From assembly GCA_964482935.1 (NCBI GenBank), contig CAZAAP010000001.1, positions 5,569 through 69,568 on the forward strand: 64,000 bases of DNA, written 5' to 3'. Under the pieces are notes generated by a model. That model was not told where the DNA came from and ran no database searches. It was given only the letters and a program-made list of their open reading frames with translations. The stretch comes from an uncultured Enteractinococcus sp. GTDB taxonomy: Bacteria; Actinomycetota; Actinomycetes; Actinomycetales; Micrococcaceae. Shown piece after piece: positions 43,103 to 52,633 of this stretch; position 1 is the stretch's first letter; the number at the start of each line of letters is the position of its first letter. A program made the translations under genes and the position numbers.

Positions 43103-44703
43103 TCATCGTCATCGGTGCAGGCGTTGCCGGGTTGACGGCGGTCAAGCGTCTTGCGAGCGCGGGGGCCGACGTTACGCTGGTCAGCGCCGGTCGATTTGGT
43201 TGTGATAGCACCTCGGCAGGGAATACCGCGCTGGCCCAGGGCGGAATCGCCGTAGCCCTGGACCACAGCGATAGGCCCGCACTGCATGCCAACGACACTA
43301 TGAAGGCCGGGGCTGGATTAGTCACATCTGGGGTAGCCCAGCTCGTGGCCACCGACGGCGTCCAACGGGTTCGCGAGCTCTTGGCGGCTGGATTTCCCGC
43401 GGATCGAACCTCAACCGGGGCTCTTGCGTTCGGGTTGGAAGCAGCTCACAGCAGGGCCCGGGTGGTGCATGCGGGTGAAGATAGTACCGGGGCTGCACTG
43501 TCTGCGTTTCTGACGCATCAGATACAGCAGTACATTGCAACCGGAGTAGTGCAACTTGTTGACCAGGCTCACCTGCAGCAACTGGACACTTGTGCTGGGC
43601 GGGTCACCGGCATCACGGTTGCTTCAGACTCCGGTCTTCGCCGGCTCAAGGCGGATGCGGTGATCCTGGCAACCGGTGGGTTCGCAGGCCTGTATCCCAA
43701 TACTTCATCGTCAGCGGCTGTCACGGGCCAAGGTGTCCTGGTCGCTGCGCGCGCCGGAGCCGTGCTGGCCGATCTGGAATTTCTTCAATTTCATCCAACG
43801 GTCGTGCCTGGCACCGGCCAACTGATCTCCGAGGCCGTTCGTGGTGCCGGGGCGGTTCTGCGTGACCCCGCCGGCAGACGATTCATGACTCCAACACATC
43901 CTCAAGCGGAATTAGCGCCCCGCGACGTCGTCTCCCGCACAAGCGCGCAGGTCATGGACGATTACAGTGCCTCGTGTGTCTGGTTGGATGCCACAGTGAT
44001 TGAACAGCGCCACGGATCCGGCACTTTGGCGAACAGATTTCCGGTGCTCACCCGAGCTCTGAGTGTATTGGGTCTCGATTGGACCAGGGAGTATGTGCCG
44101 GTTGCCCCTGCCGCCCACTACTGCATGGGCGGGATCGCAACCGATACCGTGGGGCATACCTCGGTGGCCGGCCTCTATGCTGCTGGTGAGGTTGCCTCAA
44201 CGGGCCTGCACGGAGCGAATCGGCTCGCATCAAATTCGCTGCTCGAAGGTTTGGTTTTTGGGGCGCGCGCCGCCGACGCCGCCCTTCACGATTTGCACCA
44301 CCAGACCTGGAACCTTACGGACGAATTGACCCAACTGGTAGCCTCCGCCGCAGAGATCCCCACGTCGTCCGCCCCCAGCGTCGCCCTTCCTGGGCAAAAC
44401 CACACACTGCAGCACTTAGTTGAAGCGCACCTTGGCATTACCCGTGATCAGCACGGCCTGCTCAGCATGCTGACTCAACTCGATGAGGTATGCCATCCGA
44501 TGGTCGACCTCGTTCGGATGATGGCGAATGCCGCACTGCATCGCACCGAATCCCGCGGTGGTCATTGGCGTGCCGATTATCCGACCTCGGATCCTATCCA
44601 GGCAAACCGGACCGGCTGGCGGCTGACCGCTACAACCGCTTCTATCCTCGCCCGGTCGCGACCCGAGCCCACCAAGGAGACATTTGTCCATGTTGACGCC
44701 TAA
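43099..44703 (+). CDS. nadB: L-aspartate oxidase
   Basis: AQGGIA, QFHPT, LISEAVRG, ELAPRDVV, AHYCMGG, GLHGANRLASNSLLEG. Confidence 0.95.
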   Translation: MIIVIGAGVAGLTAVKRLASAGADVTLVSAGRFGCDSTSAGNTALAQGGIAVALDHSDRPALHANDTMKAGAGLVTSGVAQLVATDGVQRVRELLAAGFPADRTSTGALAFGLEAAHSRARVVHAGEDSTGAALSAFLTHQIQQYIATGVVQLVDQAHLQQLDTCAGRVTGITVASDSGLRRLKADAVILATGGFAGLYPNTSSSAAVTGQGVLVAARAGAVLADLEFLQFHPTVVPGTGQLISEAVRGAGAVLRDPAGRRFMTPTHPQAELAPRDVVSRTSAQVMDDYSASCVWLDATVIEQRHGSGTLANRFPVLTRALSVLGLDWTREYVPVAPAAHYCMGGIATDTVGHTSVAGLYAAGEVASTGLHGANRLASNSLLEGLVFGARAADAALHDLHHQTWNLTDELTQLVASAAEIPTSSAPSVALPGQNHTLQHLVEAHLGITRDQHGLLSMLTQLDEVCHPMVDLVRMMANAALHRTESRGGHWRADYPTSDPIQANRTGWRLTATTASILARSRPEPTKETFVHVDA

Positions 44704-45544
44704 CCTCATCGGCGATGCCGTGACCCGCGCCCTCAGCGAAGACACCCCCTGGGGTGATGCAACCGTTGCTGCCTCGATCCCAGCGACCATGTACTTTGAA
44801 GCTCGACTGGTGGCCAGAGAACCCGGAGTGTTTGCCGGCGGGGCCGCACTCACCGAAACCTTCCGTCAAGTAGACCCCGACATCAATATCACCGCTCTGG
44901 TCGCGGACGGGACCAACTTCAGCGCGGGCACAGTCCTGGCTTCGCTCAACGGTCCAGCCGCCGGTATCCTGACCGGCGAACGCGTCGCCTTGAACTTCAC
45001 GCAGCGCCTCAGCGGCATTGCCACCTTGACGTCGCGGTTTGTTCATCAAGTCGCCACGACCGGCGGCCACGCTCGGATCGCCGATACCCGCAAAACCACG
45101 CCGGGGCTGCGAGCGCTGGAAAAGCATGCGGTCGTTGCCGGTGGTGGGGTGAACCACCGCTTCAGCCTGTCCGATGCGGTCATGCTCAAAGACAATCACC
45201 TGGCTGCACTGAGTGCTACCCACGGTGATGGACTGACAGAGGCCATATGTCAGGTCAAGGCCGCGGTGGGCCATACGACCTCGATCATTGTCGAAGTTGA
45301 TGAATTGGCCCAGATCGAACCGGTACTAGCGGCCGGGGTCACTGGCATATTGCTCGACAACTTCTCACTGGCCGACCTTCGGACCGGGGTCGACCAGATT
45401 GCGGGCCGCTGCGTTGTCGAAGCCTCCGGAGGGGTCACTCTTGATACGGTGGCTGCTATAGCTGAAACTGGCGTAGATATCATTTCGGTGGGAGCCCTCA
45501 CCCACGGCGCCACCGCACTCGACCTTGGATTGGATGCCCGCTGA
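44690..45544 (+). CDS. nadC: Quinolinate phosphoribosyltransferase
   Basis: DTRKTTPGLR, NHRFSLSD, LKDNH, LLDN, EASGG, ISVGALTH. Confidence 0.97.
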   Translation: MLTPNLIGDAVTRALSEDTPWGDATVAASIPATMYFEARLVAREPGVFAGGAALTETFRQVDPDINITALVADGTNFSAGTVLASLNGPAAGILTGERVALNFTQRLSGIATLTSRFVHQVATTGGHARIADTRKTTPGLRALEKHAVVAGGGVNHRFSLSDAVMLKDNHLAALSATHGDGLTEAICQVKAAVGHTTSIIVEVDELAQIEPVLAAGVTGILLDNFSLADLRTGVDQIAGRCVVEASGGVTLDTVAAIAETGVDIISVGALTHGATALDLGLDAR

Positions 45545-46701
45545 TGTTGTACCTTGATGCCGCCGCGACTTCACCCCTACGCCCGGAAGCTCGCCACGCC
45601 ATGTTGGCCGTACTTGATGGCGGACCGGCCAACGCTTCATCCGTGCACACGCCTGGTAAAACAGCAAAAACAACGCTACACCATGCTCGTGAGCAGGTGG
45701 CCACGGCTTTTGGGGCACGGCCCGCTGAGGTTATATTTACCGCAGGTGGGACCGAGGCCAATAACCTTGCCATCAAAGGCATCGCGATAGCCAATCCGCG
45801 GGGCAAGCACATTGTCACCACTGCCATCGAGCATTCCTCCATCCGCAGGTCATGTGATTTCTTAGCCCGGCTCGGCGGGTTTGAGATCACTGAAGTCGGC
45901 GTGGATGCCACTGGGCGCATCGATGAAACAGCCGCACTTGCTGCGATCCGTGCCGATACCACCCTGGTCTCAATCGGCTTGGCCAACGGCGAGGTGGGCA
46001 CCGTGCAGTCCATTGAGCGCATCGCCGAGGCTGCAAAAGCTGTCGGTGCGGTTGTGCACACGGATGCTGTCCAAGCTGCGGCCTCGCTTCCGGTGGGTTT
46101 CGCATCTGGTGCGTGGCCCGGCACCACCGTGGATGCTATGTCGATCGCGTCGCATAAATTTGGGGGCCCGCAAGGTGCCGGCGCCCTGTTGATCCGCAAC
46201 GGCATCGCCTTCGAACCGCTCCTGCACGGTGGTGGACAAGAAGCCGGTCACCGCTCCGGCACCGAAAACTTGGCGGCTATCGCCGGATTTGCCGCAGCCG
46301 TCGGTGCGGTTATGCCGACGGCGGGCACCCGAGCTCAAACGATGCTGACCCAACGTGACCACTTTGTGCAACGCGTGCTCAATGAGATCCAAGGTGCTCG
46401 GCTGACCGGTCATCCCACCGAGCGCCTCCCGAACCACGCGTCATTTGTTTTTGAAGGTATTTCGGGAGAATCAATGCTGGTCGATCTGGACGTCGCAGGC
46501 ATCGCCGCATCCTCAGGCTCGGCCTGCTCCGCCGGCAAGAAAGAACCCTCCGGTATCTTGTTGGCCATGGGCTTCGACCCCGACGTCGCCGTCTCGGCAC
46601 TGCGCTTTACCTTCCCCGATCCACTCGATCGTCCCGTCCTGGACCAGCTCATTGCCACCACACTACGAACCCTGGGTCCGCACAACGCACTCGCCACATG
46701 A
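45544..46701 (+). CDS. Cysteine desulfurase (IscS/NifS-like), Fe-S supply for NadA
   Basis: YLDAAATSP, GGTEANN, HTDAVQA, SHKFGGP, SSGSACS. Confidence 0.93.
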   Translation: MLYLDAAATSPLRPEARHAMLAVLDGGPANASSVHTPGKTAKTTLHHAREQVATAFGARPAEVIFTAGGTEANNLAIKGIAIANPRGKHIVTTAIEHSSIRRSCDFLARLGGFEITEVGVDATGRIDETAALAAIRADTTLVSIGLANGEVGTVQSIERIAEAAKAVGAVVHTDAVQAAASLPVGFASGAWPGTTVDAMSIASHKFGGPQGAGALLIRNGIAFEPLLHGGGQEAGHRSGTENLAAIAGFAAAVGAVMPTAGTRAQTMLTQRDHFVQRVLNEIQGARLTGHPTERLPNHASFVFEGISGESMLVDLDVAGIAASSGSACSAGKKEPSGILLAMGFDPDVAVSALRFTFPDPLDRPVLDQLIATTLRTLGPHNALAT

Positions 46702-47068
46702 CACCTTCAGGTTTTCGAAGACTACCCGGCGTCGTCAAGCTCCACACCAGGGGTGTAGCGGTCGGCATGGTGCTCCTCGTGGTGATCTCTCCGAACAACG
46801 CGTGGTGACCTGGCACGAGACAGAGGTTGTGACCGACACGAAGCTTCGCGTCGTTTTTTGGGTCGGAACCCACCGGTGCTATGGTTCGTGCTACCTCGTG
46901 CAAGAATCAGCCGATGAGATCGCTCTGGCCGTGATCGAGGGCAAAATCCCCGGAGCTCCGAACGCATGTACCGAAGAAGCCCGACAGGCCTCTCTCCTCG
47001 TGCCACTACATGAGCCAGTCGGTGATCGGCGGATCGTACCGTTATTGGAACCAGCGCGCACTCACTGA
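46698..47068 (+). pseudogene. Probable frameshifted small secreted or membrane protein
   Basis: ATG overlapping the desulfurase stop gives a 36-aa signal-like peptide (GVAVGMVLLVVI) ending 46808; a two/three-Cys domain (VTWHETEVV...CYG...ACTEEAR...VGDR) lies in another frame. Confidence 0.5.
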
Positions 47069-47127
47069 CCGGGCCAAATGCTTCGTGCCCCTTGTGGCTA
47101 AGTGAGCCCCACGCGTAAGGTACCTGA

Positions 47128-47143
47128 TGAGACCTTCATCACA
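47128..47143. promoter_or_regulatory. CRP/GlxR-like site upstream of acs
   Basis: TGAGA-ccttca-TCACA, 9/10 match. Confidence 0.5.
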
Positions 47144-47233
47144 TTGCGTACGTCTCGCGGAGCGCACCTTGCAGCATGTCAAGCACCGCAATGCAGAGCT
47201 GCTCTGTGGGACAGCTCAGCCCTCAAGGAGCAC

Positions 47234-49192
47234 ATGATGGCCAGTAATCCCACGATCCGCGAACTTAGCCAAGAAGACCGGACATTTGATCCGCCACCGG
47301 AATTTGTAGCCCAAGCCAATGCGACCGCTGAGCTATACGACCAAGCAGCACACGACCGGTTGGGGTTCTGGGCCGACCAGGCCAATCGCATCACCTGGGA
47401 CACGCAGTTTGACGAAGTCCTCGACTGGTCAGAGGCGCCCTTTGCCAAATGGTACGTCGGAGGCAAGCTCAATGCCGCCTACAACTGCGTTGATCGTCAC
47501 GTGGAGGCCGGCCTTGGTGATCGGGTCGCCTACTACTTTGAAGGTGAGGGCGGCGACACCCGGGTGATCACTTACGCGGATCTGCTCCGCGAGGTGTCCA
47601 AAGCTGCCAACGCGCTGATCGAACTCGGGGTCAAAACCGGAGACCGCGTGGCGATCTACATGCCCATGATTCCCGAGACGGTCTTTGCGATGCTGGCCTG
47701 CGCTCGTCTCGGTGCACCTCACACCGTCATTTTCGGCGGTTTTTCGGATCGAGCGATCGCCGACCGGGTCAAAGACTGCGGTGTTGAAGTTGTTATCACC
47801 GCAGACGGCGGGTATCGCCGCGGCAAAACCAACCCGCTCAAAGCCACCGTCGACAAAGCGTTAGCAGACATTCCCGAAGTGCGCACCGTCGTCGTAGTGG
47901 AACGCACCGGACAGAAGATTGACTGGCACAAGGACCGGGATGTGTGGTGGCACGATATCGTCGATCAACAACCGCCCACGCACAAGCCCGAGTTCTTTGA
48001 CGCCGAACACCCGCTGTATATCATGTACTCCTCGGGCACCACAGGCAAACCCAAGGGCATTATGCACACCACCGGCGGGTACCTGGTCGGGGTCGCCTAC
48101 ACCCATTGGGCGGTCTTTGATATCAAGCCTGAAACCGATATTTATTGGACGGCCGCCGATATCGGCTGGGTGACCGGCCACTCCTACATCGTTTATGGCC
48201 CATTAGCCAATGCCACGACGTCGGTGTTGTATGAGGGCACGCCGGACACGCCGCACCGGGGGCGCTGGTGGGAAATCGTGCAGAAATATGGTGTGACAAT
48301 CCTGTATTGTGCACCGACCAGTATCCGCACGTTTATGCGCTGGGGTCGCGATATTCCAGCCGAATATGACATGTCCTCGCTGCGGTTATTGGGCAGCGTG
48401 GGTGAACCGATCAACCCTGAGGCATGGATGTGGTATCGCGAACACATCGGCGGCAATCAGTGTCCGATTATGGATACCTGGTGGCAGACCGAAAACGGTC
48501 ACATTCTCATCAGCCCGCTGCCGGGGGTGACCTCGACGAAACCCGGTGCTGCGATGCGCGCTCTACCCGGGATTACCGCAGATATTTACGATGAGCAGGG
48601 CAAGCCGGTGGAACCGGGCAATGGTGGATACCTGGTCATCACCGAGCCCTGGCCGGGCATGCTACGTACCCTGTGGGGTGATAAGGAGCGGTATCACAAG
48701 ACCTACTGGTCCCAGTACCCGGGGGTGTACTTCGCCGGCGACGGCGCAAAATTCGACAAGGCCGGCGATATCTGGGTGCTGGGCAGGGTTGACGATGTGC
48801 TCAATGTGTCTGGCCACCGCATGTCGACGGCAGAAATTGAATCAGCGCTCGTGGCCCACGCGATGGTCGCTGAAGCCGCAGTCGTCGGCGCCCAGGACGA
48901 GACGACCGGCCAAGCAATCGAGGCATTTGTGATCTTAAGAGAAAGCGCCAAGGAGCAGGACGACGCCGTCCAACTGCTGCGTGACCACGTCCGTGCAGCC
49001 ATCGGACCGATCGCGACCCCGCGGTCTATTACCGTCGTGTCTGACCTGCCTAAGACGCGATCGGGCAAGATCATGCGCCGTCTGCTCAAAGATCTGGCGG
49101 AGGACCGAGAAATTGGTGATACCACGACCCTGGCTGATGCCTCGGTTATGGATACGATCCAACAGCAGGTGCAAGCGGCGCGTGATAATTAG
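47234..49192 (+). CDS. acs: Acetyl-CoA synthetase
   Basis: YSSGTTGKPKG, DIGWVTGHSY, DTWWQTE, GRVDD, LPKTRSGKIMRR; AAGGAG before ATG 47234. Confidence 0.97.
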   Translation: MMASNPTIRELSQEDRTFDPPPEFVAQANATAELYDQAAHDRLGFWADQANRITWDTQFDEVLDWSEAPFAKWYVGGKLNAAYNCVDRHVEAGLGDRVAYYFEGEGGDTRVITYADLLREVSKAANALIELGVKTGDRVAIYMPMIPETVFAMLACARLGAPHTVIFGGFSDRAIADRVKDCGVEVVITADGGYRRGKTNPLKATVDKALADIPEVRTVVVVERTGQKIDWHKDRDVWWHDIVDQQPPTHKPEFFDAEHPLYIMYSSGTTGKPKGIMHTTGGYLVGVAYTHWAVFDIKPETDIYWTAADIGWVTGHSYIVYGPLANATTSVLYEGTPDTPHRGRWWEIVQKYGVTILYCAPTSIRTFMRWGRDIPAEYDMSSLRLLGSVGEPINPEAWMWYREHIGGNQCPIMDTWWQTENGHILISPLPGVTSTKPGAAMRALPGITADIYDEQGKPVEPGNGGYLVITEPWPGMLRTLWGDKERYHKTYWSQYPGVYFAGDGAKFDKAGDIWVLGRVDDVLNVSGHRMSTAEIESALVAHAMVAEAAVVGAQDETTGQAIEAFVILRESAKEQDDAVQLLRDHVRAAIGPIATPRSITVVSDLPKTRSGKIMRRLLKDLAEDREIGDTTTLADASVMDTIQQQVQAARDN

Positions 49193-50184
49193 CGCGGCGC
49201 CAGGTGGGCCGGCATGAGCTTTGGGACCAATCGCACGCATACCACCATGATGCATAATTCGACCAGGGTTTGTGTCACGACCACGAGGGGCACCAGCGCA
49301 TAGTGGGCAGGGAATGCCAATACGATCGGTAACATCACCAGCGAGTTCCGGGTCACGCCACTAAAGACCAGGGCACGTTGCTGCGGCACCTGCATCTTCG
49401 CACTCCGTGCCACCACTATCCCGATCGGCACCATGAATGCTGCGAAGAGAACATAGACGGGCAGTGTCAGCAGCAGATCACTGAGGCGTTCCCCCACCGC
49501 AGCTATTTGCGAGGCGACCACTAGCCCCAAGGTGACCACCATGAGTGGCACCATCAATCCAGCACTGCCCAACTCAATGTTGGAGGCCCAGGTCAAGCGT
49601 TTGGCGGCCAGTTGGGTTAGCCCAGCCAATACGAAAGGGACCAGAATGAACCAGAGGAATGCTTCCACAAATGGAGCAAGCCTCACACCTGCTATCAGTT
49701 GGTCGCCCATAAAGATCCACAGATATACCGGAAGCAGCACCATTTGGGCGAGCATTAACACCGGTGCTGCTGCGAGCAAGCTCTTGGCATCGCCTCCGGC
49801 CAGCTGGGCAAAGACGATGACGTAGTCGATACACGGGGTCAGTAAAACAATGATGACACCCAAGAACAACACGTCGTCGTGGGCTACGATGCGCGACACC
49901 GCAAAGACCACCAACGGCACGATCAGAAAGTTTAAGATCAACGTGGTGCTCAAGAATCGGGGATTTGTGGCAGCGGTTTTCAGATTACTAATTGGTATCC
50001 CAAGAAAGGTAGCGTATAACAGCAGCCCAAGTGCCGGGAAGATAAGCGTCTCGGCAAACGGTGCCACACTCGAAAATGCCACGCCGACAAGCGCACCTGT
50101 CACGATACCGCCGAGATACAGCCACACTTGGTGCCGCTCAGACCAACCTAAGATGGCGCGCACGATACTTGTTGTCTTATCCAA
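49189..50184 (-). CDS. ACR3/bile acid:Na+ symporter-like (arsenic-resistance-type) transporter
   Basis: LLYATF, LLTPCIDYVIVF, TRNSLV, VVVTQTLVE. Confidence 0.85.
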   Translation of the reverse strand: MDKTTSIVRAILGWSERHQVWLYLGGIVTGALVGVAFSSVAPFAETLIFPALGLLLYATFLGIPISNLKTAATNPRFLSTTLILNFLIVPLVVFAVSRIVAHDDVLFLGVIIVLLTPCIDYVIVFAQLAGGDAKSLLAAAPVLMLAQMVLLPVYLWIFMGDQLIAGVRLAPFVEAFLWFILVPFVLAGLTQLAAKRLTWASNIELGSAGLMVPLMVVTLGLVVASQIAAVGERLSDLLLTLPVYVLFAAFMVPIGIVVARSAKMQVPQQRALVFSGVTRNSLVMLPIVLAFPAHYALVPLVVVTQTLVELCIMVVCVRLVPKLMPAHLAPR

Positions 50185-50491
50185 TTTCTACCAACAGGAC
50201 CCCGACCATGATCAACACCAGGCCCAAGATCATTCGTGGGGTCAGTGGTTCTTTCCAGATGATCCGGGCGAGCAAAGCGATCAGGGCCACACCCACAGCC
50301 GACCAGATGCCATAGGCAATCGCCACGGGCATCCCATAGGAGATGGTGATCGCCAAGAAGAAGAACGCCATGGCATAGAAGATGACTAATGGTAAGATCC
50401 AGATTTTCTTACGGAATCCATCCGCGGCACGCAGACTCAGGGTCCCGATGATCTCTGAAACGATGGCCAATGCCAAAAACAGTCCGCTCAT
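50177..50491 (-). CDS. SMR family transporter subunit
   Basis: AIVSEIIGT, AYGIWSAVG; four TM segments. Confidence 0.9.
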   Translation of the reverse strand: MSGLFLALAIVSEIIGTLSLRAADGFRKKIWILPLVIFYAMAFFFLAITISYGMPVAIAYGIWSAVGVALIALLARIIWKEPLTPRMILGLVLIMVGVLLVEIG

Positions 50492-50838
50492 GAGTCCGCT
50501 GCCTCTGCTTTGGCTGGCGCTTGCTGGCCAGTTTGGACGATGAACACTCCGGCCATAATCGTAACAATGCCCAAGATGGCGGTGAAGCTGAGACGTTCAT
50601 CGAATAAGAGCGCCCCCAAAATAGCAACCAGGGCCACCCCGGCTGCGGCCCACGTGCCATAGGCGACGCCGATCGGAATGCCGTACCCCAGAGCCAGGCC
50701 CAACATGGTGAAGGCGACGACGTAGCCGATGACCACACCGATTGCGAACAGCGGCTGATCGACCGCTGCACGCAAGCACATGGTACCGATCACTTCGGCA
50801 ATGATCGCCCCGATCAGCAAGAGCCAGCGTTTGAGCAT
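50488..50838 (-). CDS. SMR family transporter subunit
   Basis: WLLLIGAIIAEVIGT, VAYGTWAAAG. Confidence 0.9.
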   Translation of the reverse strand: MLKRWLLLIGAIIAEVIGTMCLRAAVDQPLFAIGVVIGYVVAFTMLGLALGYGIPIGVAYGTWAAAGVALVAILGALLFDERLSFTAILGIVTIMAGVFIVQTGQQAPAKAEAADS

Positions 50839-50880
50839 GTGGAGTGTCCCAACTTTCGCAATCGATCCAGCATTACTCTA

Positions 50881-51831
50881 TCAACCGCTTTTAACCAATG
50901 CGTCTACCGGCGATATTCTTGGACCGGTCGCAGGTTGGGGCGCAAGAGCCAAGATGAGCAGCACTAACCCAAAAATACCTAACCCAACCCAACCCAACGG
51001 CGTCAGCTGCTCCCCGACGATGAGCACAGCCAACACCGTAGCTACCGCCGGCTCGGTCAAGGTAACAGTCGTGGCAGAGCTGGCAGGGATTTTCGACAGC
51101 CCGTACCCAAAAGCAACATATCCCAGGAACATCGGTACCAGCGCCATATAGGCGCCCACCGCCAAAGCTCCGGGGGTGGCCAGCAGCGGAGCCCCTGTCA
51201 CCAAGAGCACGGGCATCAGCAGCACCCCGCCCGTTCCGAAGACCGATCCCATGGCAACGGCCCGGCCAACGCCCTCGTGCATGAGTCGTTGAACGGCCCA
51301 CGAGTACATTGCATACGCGGCTCCAGCCAGCAGGCCCACAGCAATGCCAAGTGAGGTGGAATCCAAACCGGCCACTTGGTCGGGCTGAGTGGAAAGGATG
51401 AGCAGACTGCTGCCGCCAATACCCAGCAGTGCCGCGAGATACCACCAGGTTCCAAGTCGACGTCGATCAATCATCCGCTCCAAAATGCCGGAGGCCAACG
51501 GGGCTGAAGCCAACGAGATGACCGTGCCAATGGCAACTCCGGCCAGATGCATCGAAGAGTAAAATGCTAGGGGGTAAACAAACACGGCCGCAGCACCGGT
51601 AGCTATGGTCTTCCAATGCGCTCGCAAATGCATGGACGTGCCCCGAAATGCCTGGAGCGCTATCAGTGCCTGAAGTATTCCGCCGATTCCCAAAGCCGCC
51701 GCTCCGATGGCCAGCGGCCCTACCTCGGGGGCAAACGTGGCTGCGGTGCCGGTCGTGCCCCACAGGATGGAGGCAAGCAGCACGGCCCCGACGCCCCACA
51801 GTCTGTTGTTCCGCACTTGGTCTCCCGCCAT
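50881..51831 (-). CDS. EamA/DMT family transporter
   Basis: LWGTTGTA, GVAIGTVISLASAP, TLTEPAVA; about 10 TM segments. Confidence 0.88.
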   Translation of the reverse strand: MAGDQVRNNRLWGVGAVLLASILWGTTGTAATFAPEVGPLAIGAAALGIGGILQALIALQAFRGTSMHLRAHWKTIATGAAAVFVYPLAFYSSMHLAGVAIGTVISLASAPLASGILERMIDRRRLGTWWYLAALLGIGGSSLLILSTQPDQVAGLDSTSLGIAVGLLAGAAYAMYSWAVQRLMHEGVGRAVAMGSVFGTGGVLLMPVLLVTGAPLLATPGALAVGAYMALVPMFLGYVAFGYGLSKIPASSATTVTLTEPAVATVLAVLIVGEQLTPLGWVGLGIFGLVLLILALAPQPATGPRISPVDALVKSG

Positions 51832-51960
51832 GTTCGGGACCCTATCACAGGCCGATAAAGGCCCTTTGCGCCAAACGAACGGATCTTTTCTTCACTAGCC
51901 ACACCCTGTATGTTAGCTGTGAGATATCTGATAAAACTCTCTTAAGTCTCACGTGCCGTT

Positions 51961-52557
51961 TTGAAGGACCTCGTGACACTCCATACCCTCCCACCACCTC
52001 CGCCACCTGCAACGCAGCCAGATGCATCAGAGAGCCGAAAAACTCGGAAGTGGCTCTGGGTCGCAGGGCTGATTTTCGCGCTGGTGGGGGGCATCGCCAT
52101 CGGCTATGGCGGAACACCTGAGCCGGAGATCATAACGAAGGAAGTCGAAATTGAAGTTGAAGTGGAACCATCCGATATGGATGAACGGCGTGCTGAGCTG
52201 GCGCAACGTGAGGACGAACTAGAGCAGCGTAACAGCGAACTCGATGAGCGCGATGAAGCACTCCAGTCGTTAGCGACTGAACTCGACGAGCGCGACGAAG
52301 CACTGAGTGCAACCGAGACAGAAATCGCAGAGAACACCATTCCTGGCTCGGGGGTGTATCTTGTGGGCGAAGATATCAAACCGGGCACCTACCGTTCAGA
52401 AGGCGGCCGCTGCTACTGGGCCAGATTATCTGGTACCACGGGGCAATTTGAAGACATCATTGCCAACGACAACGTCGAAGGGACCGCTTATGTCACCATT
52501 ACCGCCTCCGATGTTGCTTTTGAAACCTCCCGATGCGGCGAATGGACCCTGCAGTAA
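51961..52557 (+). CDS. Membrane-anchored coiled-coil protein with C-terminal beta domain (start uncertain)
   Basis: One TM, ELDERDEAL heptads, IPGSGVYLVGEDIKPGTYRS..CYWARL..CGEW. Confidence 0.75.
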   Translation: MKDLVTLHTLPPPPPPATQPDASESRKTRKWLWVAGLIFALVGGIAIGYGGTPEPEIITKEVEIEVEVEPSDMDERRAELAQREDELEQRNSELDERDEALQSLATELDERDEALSATETEIAENTIPGSGVYLVGEDIKPGTYRSEGGRCYWARLSGTTGQFEDIIANDNVEGTAYVTITASDVAFETSRCGEWTLQ

Positions 52558-52633
52558 CGGTGCTACCCGATCGCGAGGTTTTGATCGCTAGAATTTAGCC
52601 CAATACTCGACCGCCCGATGGAAGTGGTGCACG

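Noticed and set aside
46445-46697. N-terminal half of the 207-aa ORF
   Set aside because: Overlaps the cysteine desulfurase in another frame and does not look protein-like
50839-50880. Guanidine riboswitch upstream of the SMR genes
   Set aside because: Only 42 nt, with no ACGR twin hairpins or ykkC motif visible
52180-52310. Short GAACTCGA(T/C)GAGCGCGA repeats
   Set aside because: They encode coiled-coil heptads (ELDERDEAL) within a CDS
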